DNA of 63,721 nt, the filler included, from Choristocarpus tenellus KU-1152 (lineage: Eukaryota; Protista; Phaeophyceae): NCBI GenBank assembly GCA_964200185.2. It is 10 parts of 10 records of this genome, joined end to end, with 100 filler letters (N's around TTAATTAATTAA, not from the genome) between each part and the next. Parts side by side here need not be neighbours in the genome. Positions count along the whole stretch, not along the records: positions 48,547 to 51,162 come from CAXNAD020026243.1; positions 51,263 to 54,757 come from CAXNAD020019639.1; positions 54,858 to 63,721 come from CAXNAD020004247.1; 7 more parts are not named here. One strand, written 5' to 3'. The notes below the pieces were generated by a model. It saw only the letters and a list, made by a program, of their open reading frames with translations, had not been told where the DNA came from and did no database searches. Each line of letters opens with the position of its first letter. Within the stretch, counting starts at the first letter, position 1. Shown piece by piece: positions 50,614 to 61,784 of this stretch. The position numbers and the translations under genes are program-made.

Positions 50614-51319
50614 TGGAAGTGTAGTTTGGAAGAGCAATTAATAGCTCCTTTTCTTGGTGAAAGAGCACCACTCCCTTGTTGGCCAAATCATCAACATTGC
50701 ACCGGACACAGATGATCCACGAGGAAGACAGCCAGAACCTAGAAGTCATCGAGAAGGCACGTAAAATACAGGATGAGGAAGACCAGCTTGGACTAGGTAT
50801 AATGGACTCTGCTCCGATTCCTACTACTACTAATACAACTAGTACTACTAAAAGTTCAACTAGTGGGCAGATCTTCAGCTGAGTGTCATCCGACATTGTT
50901 CTTCCCCCAGTTCCTTGTGTTTTTGTCTTCTTACTCGCTCATTCATCATCCATTTCTTGTGGACATCTCCCCTCTGTCTCCTCCTTCCTGATTCCCGCGG
51001 GTCTTTTTTAACCAATGCACACTTGGTTGTTTGTGTTAAACGTAGGCTACTCATTCGATTTGTGTTGATACGATACAGCATCGTCAGCTCACACTGAATG
51101 CTAATTCGTCCATTGTACTGGTCGCTGGTTACATTCCTGTCATTAGCTCATCACCACACCTTNNNNNNNNNNNNNNNNNNNNNNNNNNNNNNNNNNNNNN
51201 NNNNNNTTAATTAATTAANNNNNNNNNNNNNNNNNNNNNNNNNNNNNNNNNNNNNNNNNNNNAAATGGACACCCTGGTGTAGACCCCACCCCCCCAGATA
51301 CTTTGGGTCATATGACCAT

Positions 51320-52290
51320 ACGCCCTTCACGAGTCCCTTTATGGTTTAAAGCAAGCCTCTAGAGTTTGGAATACTAAGCTGGTTTCCACCCTTACGAGCA
51401 ATTGTTTTTAGCAGCATCTGATCGACCCGTCTACATTTAGACTCAGGAGGGATGGTGTTGTCAAGATAATCGTTGCAGTTCATATGGATGACATGATGAC
51501 TTTGGCGTCTGGTGATGATTGCAATGATCTTTGTGCCTCCCTGAATGAAGGATTCCCCACCAAACATCTTGGCTTGTTGTCTCAGTTTTCTGGCTGCGCT
51601 TACACAGGAGATTGAAAGCGTGGTACCCTCTCCATTACGCGGATTACCTACATTGACAGTTTGTGTCAACGTTTTTCCACCCGATCAACAAGTCTCATCC
51701 CTCCAGCCCCTTCCAGAAAGCTTGGAATTAGGGAAGGAGATATCCTGTCAGAGGATTGCCCTTTTCGTGAGGTAGTTTGGGCGCTGTATTCGTGGATAGT
51801 GCTGCTGATACACTATAGAAACCACCAGTAGAGTAGATTAGGAAAGGCTGAGTCAGATATGTGTTTCCATATATTTCGGTTGAGCTCTATTCAACGTTCA
51901 AGTATTGTAGGGGGACCTGATATTAGATTATCAGTTCATATATCTTATGTGGTACATATGATGCAGTGATAGCATCCTTTTTCTGATTATCCATGTGGAC
52001 GTTGCAAATCCCACATGGTAGTCTACACCTGTCTCACCCACAAATTCAGTCAGTGTAATTGAGACCATAAGCCCCTTGTAACACAAATATTATATATTTA
52101 AACCAAGCCACCTATTGTCCTCTACCAAGGCACACGATTGATCCATCTTAACCCCAGGTCCAGTGCGGAATATTTTAACACCTTGATGTGGGTCAGCAAT
52201 ATGACCAGGCCAGATGTGGCTAATGCAGTGAGAGCTGTAGCACGTCACTCACATGCTCCAAATTGCGTCCACTGAGGAGCTGTGGCCCAG
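51320..52290 (+). mobile_element. Copia RT remnant interrupted by an insertion at ~51790-52180
   Basis: GLKQASRVWN...DPSTFR...IVAVHMDDM...YIDSLCQRF, then LMWVSNMTRPDVANAVRAVARHSHAP. Confidence 0.85.
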
Positions 52291-52859
52291 TGAACGTTGT
52301 TGTGTGTGGTAGTAATGTAAAACAAGGTAGAGATAGGAAATAATTAGACTTTGAATGGGCGCTTTTATAAATTTCTTTCAACGTTCCCGAATATGGTATT
52401 GCAAACCAATATACATTATTGTATACTACAAGAAAATATTGTTCCGTAGTAGTTATTTAGGAGAAAATTAGAGTGGCTGATGTTAAAGAATTCCCAGTTC
52501 ATGTATGGGCAGAAGAGAAAGTACAGGAGTACAATCTAATGTTGTAGAGTGATCATTATAAACGAGAAGGGGCGACCATTCAACCCCAAAACATCATGAT
52601 TAATGGAATAAATTCCTATCTGTTCGTACACAAGAACAAATAGGGTTTATCTTATACTTATTGTTTTCTGAATAAGCACGTTTACTACTACTGATATCCG
52701 TCACAGTCGGAGGAGTCTATTCGAAAACTCTGCCTATCTCAAACAACTCTGAGCGGTCACTACACATACCTAACCTACTGAACTTACTGAAGAAGAAGAT
52801 CCAAACGAACACGAAGAATTCCAAATCCAACTAAAAACAAATCACCAAGCATAGTCTAA

Positions 52860-53365
52860 TTTCAGCGAAGCATGCCTCCAAAACGATCCTGGTAGAGGCT
52901 CGGTCAGCACATGTCCATGCTGCTCATCAGAGATAAACATGAATGATCTGCATTTGCTAATGTCCTACCAAGTCCCTCAGGAAATGGTGTCGCACGTCTA
53001 TGTGCTTGTGGTCCTGCCAAAACTCAAAGGGTTATTTGACAAATGGGTGGCCCCTGTGTTGTCCTCATACACCACATAACAAGATCCAGAAACATTAGGT
53101 CGAACAAATTCCAACACAGCCCTTTAAAACAACTCCTTCACACAGTCCCCCATGGCTATGCACCCAGCCTCTATAGTGGATTGTGCAGTGATAAGTTGAG
53201 GCTACTGCTCCCCCCTCATACACCACTGCCCCCCCCTGATATAGAACGTCTGTCAAAGGTCTCATTGGCGATCCTGCATCAGCATAGGCCACTAGTTCCA
53301 GTCCTTCTCCTTTCTCGTAGGTTAGGCCAACTCCCACGTTCCTTTGAGGTACTCACATAATTTCT
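52860..53365 (-). mobile_element. Copia RNase H remnant, inverted relative to the adjacent RT
   Basis: EYLKGT/VGVGLTYEKGEGLELVAYADA...GGAVVYEGGAV...HIDVRHHFLRDLV. Confidence 0.8.
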
Positions 53366-53704
53366 ACTAACAAAATTCAATTAGAATTATCTTGTGTGTG
53401 AAACAGGTGAAAAACAAAGCCGACAGGCTCTTCGTATTGAAGGGGAGCGGGAAGACCTACAGGAGGCAAGGAAAAGGAAAGAGACAAATCAAGGGGGAGA
53501 GCAATCTCTCAGAGCATTACTCAGGAAAAGAGTGAACAAGTGGAAAGTGAATGAGAGGGTTTTGCAAGGTTCCCTCAAACCATCCGCTATTTACTTCAAG
53601 CAGATGTTACCTTCAACATGCAAAAGCAAATGTCATATGAATACCAGATTCTTCAAGATAGGTTACCTTTCAAGGTATACCTTCTTTCGAAGATGACTCT
53701 CACA

Positions 53705-53740
<36 letters not shown>

Positions 53741-54919
53741 ATGTGGTTTGATGCAGGTATCAAAACAAAACAGGTGCCAATGGGAAATGGAGGAAGTGTG
53801 TGTCAGAGAAACTGACCTGAGCATTGAAGAAAATAAAAAATAGTTTCTCAACAAGGAAATACTGTCTTTCAAGACAGTTGTGTACACACAAATATCTGCA
53901 TATTTGCAAAAATGCAGTGCGAAAAAAACTTGTTTCGTGAGGCCTCACAATTTAGTACTTATAACTAAGATTGATTTGGTGGCAACCAAATCAGTGCCGC
54001 TTCACCTTGATCAGGGGTGAGATAATAAAACATATGTGGGCACATGGAAAGATCAATTTCGACGTATCAGATACGACAAAGTATGGTCATGTCTTCAACA
54101 TGAAAAGGGGTATTGGCAAGGACAAGCTAGTATTAGCATGGTGTTCTGTTAACTCCATCCAGGAGATACAGATGCAAAAGCATGGACATCATCTCCAATG
54201 ACAAGGAAAAAAAACATGGGAGACTCCCAATGGGAGGGCAGAAATCGTGATCAAATTATGGCTGTTTAGCTGCAGCACCAAGAATTATATACTTGAGAAT
54301 ATAAAATTCAACAGCATATCACATGGATGTTCTAAACAATCAGTAATAAATAAAACTAGACAAAGAAAGTCAATTTAAAACCGTGGACAAGTACGGGGAT
54401 GGAGTTGTCCTCCTGAAAATAAATAAATATATATACAAATAAAAATAAAAAATAAAAATGTACGAGGGTTACAGTAGGTATGAACTAAATCGAAAAATAT
54501 GCAATTTTGTACCGCTTTTTTCGACATGCTAAAAAATATAGGCTTTGTACCGGAATTATCGTATTCGGGCGATTTGGCACAAAATCCCGGAGATGTTCAC
54601 GCGAGTTTGGCGCGTGCGTGAAAATTTCTCGCGAAAAGTGCTTTTCTTCCTGAGACATGCTACCATTCAGCAGTACAGTACGTTGCTGGTAGGGGAATAA
54701 AGCGGAAGCCATGCCTTGTGCCGCGAGAAACCTCTGCAAGATGCCTTCAAACACACTNNNNNNNNNNNNNNNNNNNNNNNNNNNNNNNNNNNNNNNNNNN
54801 NTTAATTAATTAANNNNNNNNNNNNNNNNNNNNNNNNNNNNNNNNNNNNNNNNNNNNGGCCCAAATGGCCCCCCCGGTTTACACCCCCCCCCCCCCCCCC
54901 CCAGATACTTTGAGCCTTT

Positions 54920-55750
54920 GCTTTTCATTGTTTCCCTTGTACTCCATCTCTCAACTGTGATCTCAAATTTCTCAAGGTCACTGGCGGGCACACCCACCAG
55001 TGCTTCTCCTGTCCACCTTGTTCCATTTTCCATGCACTATTTCCACAAACATCACCATTGGTAGATAGTTGCCCATCCCCCGCGGTGGCAACTGACTATG
55101 TGACCCGGAGTCTCCTTTCTCTCATAATCACCTGGATGTTGCCGTCATAGCCAGTCTTCACAAGGAAATCCTTGTAGGACAGTGAGCAATTGGTGTATGT
55201 TTGTATTCCCAATAGTAAAATCCAGTGCAGAAAAGAAGGAAGTTGTTGCTGGCTGACAAAGTACCTGAACCCTTCCCATGCCTTAAATTGTACAACTGTG
55301 AGCTGTACGATCTCTTCAAGCTTCCTGAAGCTTGACAAAATTGTGTATGCGTATCCAGAAGCATCGTTTAGGGTTACTTGGCATTTGCTTGCACCTGTGG
55401 TACATACTGGGCAGGTAAGAATCCTTCAGGGACAATTGACTTCTTCATTATTTGTACTGGAGTACTTTGGTACCCTCACCGACCAATGTTTCATAGTAGT
55501 TTAGCGCTGTTTGCTGCTCTGTTCGATCTTACTGTTCCCACTACCAAAATATGCCTCTCGAGCTGTGAGGGAGTGGAATTACTAGGCAATGGTCCTGTTC
55601 AAAATGTTTGTTTTCGGTGTGATTCCTGCCTCTCAAAATGGGGACAATGTCAGGGTGTCAGTCAAGGTCTATCTGCGTGTGTGCATGAGGGGAGGACCTT
55701 CCTTTCATTGGACCTTTCGATGCATGGGAAATGTTGGTAATATTAGTAAG
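54920..55750 (-). mobile_element. Highly decayed RTE/L2-like LINE C-terminal region
   Basis: LSYKDFLVKTGYDGNIQVIMRERRL and DLEKFEITVERW resemble the post-RT tail of RTE-type LINEs; many stops and frameshifts. Confidence 0.5.
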
Positions 55751-57831
55751 TAGTTGGGTAATCCACTCTCTACACAGCGAAACTAAGAAGGACCAATGAG
55801 GTTGGAGTGTACTCTGCACTCCATTAACAATGTTATGTTGCTGTCTTCAAAATATCCTTGCTACAGACTTACGGTGTGGACCCTCCCCTCACTATGTTTT
55901 GAAAAAAAGGTTAGACTGGAGGTATGATGGAGAGGAAACATGAAAGTTTTACATTTTGGTTGGAATGGAAATTCTTCCAGTACCAGATTAACACCTCAAA
56001 ATACGTATCCTTAGATGTTTTTTTGAGAGGATCATCTTTTCAGTGCAGTCATAAGAGGGACCACTGTACTTGGGTACACACACAAGTAGTGCTATCAGCA
56101 GGGCAAGTAGAGGGGCTGTCCACAAGAGAACATCAAGGATCAGTATGGTGGATTGTCACTCAGACAGGATATGCATCTTAGAACTCTAAAGTGGCAAGAT
56201 AATTGCACCACTAGTATCGTGAGTCAAACTGTATGAGAGTTTCTCAGCGTTGCATTTTAAGGATGGTGATAAATGTGCAAAATTCGACTTATTGTGCAAA
56301 TGCATATAGGGGACTTGTCTTAATTAAGCCAAAAAGGTTTTCAAACAACACAGAAAATCAACAGCCTCAAGTCAATCTGACTACTTCATCCATAAAAGCT
56401 AAAGGTGAATTGTAAAAGATGAAAAAATGACTTTAAAATGCAAAACGTGCAAAATCTGGGTATCTCTGGCTTAGTTTGGCTCTGTATCATATTACCGTAT
56501 CAAATACTGCCTGATGCAATGGTAGGGTACAAAAGATCACAAAACGGTAGTTGTTTATGTTTGAATTGCTAACCCTTGAAGTACCAGGTACGGATAGGAT
56601 GAGCAAAAGCTTCGGAAAAGACTTGATACTAAGAAGTTAAAAATGTAACCGGCGTGCATAAACACCCCTCTTTGAGCAATGCAGAGGTATTTATATCAAA
56701 ACTCCACTTTTATATCTTCATCAATATATTGCGTGATATTTTCTTAATAGTGTATAGTGTGAATCTGAGAGACATGAGGTGTGCCCGTTGCTCTTATGCA
56801 AAACAGCAACCACTTTTTTTCTAGCAGGCATCTTCACACCTTGCATTACATTTTCTTTCCCACAGACCTTGTCTCTCTCCACCTCTATGAGACAGTGTTC
56901 ACCACCCCCTGAATGATTGATGCAAGTTGAGTCAGAAGGCCAACCAAGACTGAACCCGCAACACTCACTCATAAGGAACCTCTTCCCCCCCCCCCCCCCC
57001 CCCCTCCAAAAAAAAAACCATCCTATTTAAAATGGAAGAGAGGAGGGTGGGGGAAAGGGGGAGGGGTGTGTGGNNNNNNNNNNGTCATAAGGAACCTCTT
57101 CCCCCCCCCCTCCCATACTATGATAAAAGTAGACTGTCTAATGTGGGCAAATGACTAAAGCTGACCTGTGTTCATTTCGACGTTCATCTATTAAAAAAGA
57201 TGCTTTACGTCTCTTACACAAAATCTAGGCACACAGTGGATGTAACACAGTGCCAACATACCAGCAAGCAAACAGCGTACAACCAATCTTTCTCACAGAT
57301 ATTTCAAGGTCAGCTCCCACCAACTTAAACCAAACCCTCGACAAAAAATAATAACAAGTCACATGCACACAAAAAATTAAATGCACAAAAAAAAAAACTC
57401 AACGCAGGATGTTTCAAGCCCAGTGCCTGTGCCAAGGATCATGGCACCACTCAGTCAATACATCATTACAGTACATTGTGCAGCATGGTAATTCCTCAAA
57501 AAAATTGTAGAGGAAAAAACATACCATGCTCTCTCAAGCTAGATCCCTGAGCAGCCAGGCCCCAGGGGGGGGCCAGGTGTGCATTGTCCTCCCTTCCCAC
57601 ACAGTAGTTCTCACATACCAATAACACGGGTTCCCTTGCCTCGCCTTCCGGCTGTCACACAATAATACTTGATATACTTTATTTTCCAGTAACCAAAGAA
57701 CATTCAAAATACACAACAAAATACCTGTAGCCTCATGGAACCCTCCCACTGCAATTTACATCCAGCCTGCTCAACCTCCAAAGCATAAAGTTTGAGCACT
57801 AGATTGTATAGCCAAAGCAGTAGGGCTTTAC

Positions 57832-60800
57832 CTCTGGGAAGGCCATGACAGCAAGGGCAGTGCGGCACCCCCCTGCTCCAGGGGACATGCACTCCCCCCT
57901 CTGTAGGCGACTCTTGAGACGCTGGGCCCGACCCTGCCCCCGCTGCAGGGCCCGGTGCATCTCCCCTGTCAGCATTGTCTCCAGGTAGGGTAGGGCTTGG
58001 CTCTGGACTGCTACAGATTCAGTAAAAGCACGCATGTCTCCCAGCCACCCCAAACAGAGAACATCAGTTTCACCAGCCCATACATCAGCTGCTAATTTTG
58101 ACGAACAATTGCTGTGGGCTTTCCCATACCTCCTTCCCAAAGTGTCAATCTCACGCACTTGACTGGCAAGACGCTCTGCTGCAGCCCAGTGCCCACGGGC
58201 TACACCTGCTGACACCACAGACTCTGAGAACATCTGGGCAAGAAAGCGCAGGGCTGCAGTGTATTCAAGAAGGTCGGAAACATCTTCCACAGTGAGGGAA
58301 ACAATATCCTCCATCTCTGAAGAAGACGAAGGACTTGTCACAGATGCTGTTGTGGGGTACCCTACAGCCTTCTCTACTGATGAAGTCGATGGTGCTGCTG
58401 AGGCTCGGCATTCTGCAACATGGTCATGCAATAAGCACCACAATTGCTCCTCCATATTGCTACTGCTGTTCACCTCAGGGTTGCTTTCCACCGTAGAATC
58501 AAGGGGAGATTCAGGACCAGAGCCATGCGAGGATGAAGGAGATAAGCCTGGGGATAAGGGTGCAGATGATGCCACTGCAGTCGCAATGCGGGCTGCTAGA
58601 GACTGAAAAGGGTGGATTCGCTGGAGAGCCAGGGTGAGGAGCGCTGCAGGGTCCTCGCAGTTGAACTCACAAGTTCCGGTTCCTTCCACAACTGTCATGC
58701 AACCGCAACCAATGCTCCCACCCTCATACCAAGGCGAATGTGCCTTTGAAACCCCATTCCTACAGGGAACAAGAGGGGAACAGTTCTCTTCCTCTTCCCT
58801 GTCCTCCTCAGCTTCTATTTCTAAAACAGGAGGAGAGTCATCGCATGTACAGACATTAAGCAGAACCTGTCATTTTGGCAGCATGAGGAGGACAGATGGA
58901 GTAGGAACATGAGCTATGGAAATCAATTGAGGGAGGAATCTAGGGATCTAGAAACCTTGCATGCAGTACATCATGAGATTTTTGTTTGATTTGGGGCATA
59001 GCATTACTCACTGACATGGAGCACGAAATATCAACACAGTTGTGGTGTTATACTTGGTCAAAAATATCGCTGACATATCTCCTAAAAAGTGGAGTGGAAG
59101 TCACAACTCACAAGACAACATGTACTAGATCCGAGTCTGTCCATGTTTCCAGTTGTCAACCTTGACTTCAGTATCCAGTAGTCAGGAAGGGTTGGAGGCT
59201 AGAGTAATGCGAACCTGGATGTAACCATTTGAGGAACAGGAGTGAAGGGAGTACACCTTCTCAGAAAGGACTGGAGTTAAATAGTCATTACTTCCTAGTC
59301 TATTTTATACACCCAGCCCAACCAGGACCCATGCTGATTAGTACCACTTCCAAGATCCCTACAACACCATGGCATGACTATAATTAGCCGCACTCCATGA
59401 AAAACTAAGATAAAGTTCAACCTTTTCCCTTGGTTCACAGCAAGCACCACATGTAGGGTATGTCTACAGAACAACAAATATGTGGATTAAAGCACAGAGA
59501 TAGTGTACGCTTATTTGATACTTTTTGTTCCACAGGCGTGTACACCTGGAAACTGGGCAATCACCTTCAGATTGAACCGGATGAGGCAGCTCAGGACATC
59601 TAAGAACCTCTTCCTCAAGTAGCTAGCGCCTAGGTTAGCATCAGCCCCACCCGAGTTTTCCGGGGCCCGACCACACAACAAGGAGAATTCCCGGTGGTAG
59701 AACGCTGCCGCTTTACTGTGCTCCATACCCCACCCACCCACGAGTTCCAGCTCCACTGGTCCAGCATCTGCTGCAGCCATTTCACCTAGGATTACAATCA
59801 CATCTTCCATATCCTCCATGATTGCCTTTCCCTTGATCCTCCTTACCTTTATCTCTGCGGTTGCTTCTTCTGATGGAAGTAGATCCTTGGCTAGGTCAGT
59901 CGATTCCACTGATTGTTCTGCTTTTACATCATCACTCTCAACCACACTGCTCTCAACAACGCTTTCGAACCGGTCAAAGTACTCAGTCTCCTCTCCGTTG
60001 CTTAACCGACGTCCTTCACCTCCCTTTACTCCAGACCATCCATCTGCATTCTTTCCTGCTCTCTTCGGTATGGTCGGTCCATCCGACGAGCCCCATGAAC
60101 TGTTGCAGACCTTTCTTGCTGCCGCGAGGATGCCTTGGAGACCATTAAGGGCAGTCATCATGCCTTCCTCAGATCCTCCTCTCGATGGATCAGGTGTGTC
60201 TATAACACTCATATCATGGGTCTGGAATCGGACCCGGTTGGCAGTCCGTGGAGTTGCTCCCTCTCGGCGCAATACGCTGCCTGCAGAAACAGGCGTAGCC
60301 GTACCTGTACTACACATGACAGCTCTCGTGGGCGTCGTCTCAATCAACGTTCGAGGGGGGGGCATTCGCTGAGCAGAAGAACGCCAAGTTTCCCTGCGAA
60401 GAGAAGGAGAGTGCCAAGAGGCCTCCACCAACGCGCTCCCTTTAAGCTTCTTGTCCAGGCCGTTTTCGCTCTTGACAACCCGTTCCTCCCCAGCGGAAAC
60501 GGCGGCTAACAGGTCCATCACGGCAGGGTGGCATGAACGAGGCCAGTGATCAAATAGGGACGGCTGATCCCCTTTCCATCGCCATTCTACCGCCTCCGGG
60601 CATGCCCTTCCTCCTCGCCTGTGAAGCAGACGAAGGAGCGCACCTTGAAAGACAGGATCCGTCACAGCGAGAGTGCGAAACGCAACGGCCCTTGGGATGA
60701 CTCGCGCGGTACGAACACGACGTGTTGTGTGATTTCCCGGTGTTTCCACCCCAGTGGAAAACGGCATCAACTTTGCTAACGTCACGGCACCATCACTTGT

Positions 60801-61560
60801 GAAATACGTCAGCTTATTCTGTAGTTTGCCTGGGGACTCGAGCAATGGAGGACTATTTCGCCCGCGATTCGGTGAAACAGGGGGAAGAAGGGCCAGCGCA
60901 TTGCCATTTTCCCCTCTCCTTCGCTTGACTGGAAAACTGTCAAACTCACAACCACGAGAACGCTTATTTACGCTCAAGGGTAGCAGTTTACCGTCCTCCC
61001 CACGAATTCCAGTCACATCTCCTGGGGAGGAATCGATGTCTGGCATCCTTACCTCCAAACCCCCACGCTTCACTCCACAATCCGATTAGCAGTGTATCGA
61101 CAAAATCCCTGTGAAGATCAACGTCAAGTTCGTCCAATTCTCTGTAGGAGAGGAGTGAGAGGTGGGTGTTTCAGTAAGCACAACGGATAGTTTAGAGAAA
61201 TCCTATATCAGAAATAGCTTTCATAAATCAAAAGTAAGATTCTCAGAAAGCTAACCTTGAAAATGATCAGATATGGATGTGCTAATGGGGGTGGGTAGAA
61301 AATAGATGACCTCTTGATGACCTTCCCTCCCACCCCCTCAATAAGGTGAGTGAGAGAGTGAGTGTATACCTACCCCTGGACCTTTGGAATATAATAAATA
61401 AAAATATATACATATTATTATATTTATTTGATGGATGTGTCTTGGTTCCTGGAATGATTGTTGTTAAGGAGAACAACAAAAATAGTGGATAATGCATTCT
61501 AATTGGGATAAACATATACTTCTGAGAAAACAAAATCTCAGAAATCTCTTCTGTCTCCAT
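57832..61560 (-). CDS. Large protein of unknown function; proposed exons 61560-61520, 61141-61053, 61021-~59565, 58759-57832; junction at 59.5/58.8 kb and 3' end unresolved
   Basis: Two long GC-richer ORFs (520 and 299 aa) with splice signals; upstream exons join in phase as METEEISEILFSQK-ELDELDVDLHRDFVDTLLIGLWSEAWGFG-GDVTGIRGEDGK. No family recognised. Confidence 0.7.
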
Positions 61561-61784
61561 CCATCGCTCAATCCTTGACAACGTACATAGACTTTGAAAT
61601 TTCTAAATTTCTCCCGCCTTGTGTCCATCCTTCACACCCATGTAGAGGACAAGGGTGACTTCTTTCCATCTACTATCTTCCACTAACCTCCAGCCTCCCC
61701 TCATCACAACCTTCTCACGAGATCACCCTGAGTCTCTTGTGTGGGAAGGGCCTCGTATATCTTGAGCAGAGGGTAGGTCCTGCA
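61561..61784. promoter_or_regulatory. Putative bidirectional promoter / 5' UTR interval (224 bp between divergent ATGs)
   Basis: Inferred only from the positions of the two proposed start codons. Confidence 0.45.

Noticed and set aside
56969-57112. Repeated TCATAAGGAACCTCTTCCCCCC on both sides of a short N gap
   Set aside because: Likely overlapping contig ends at a poly-C run.
58259-61089. Plus-strand ORFs overlapping the unknown gene
   Set aside because: Antisense shadows of a GC-richer coding region.
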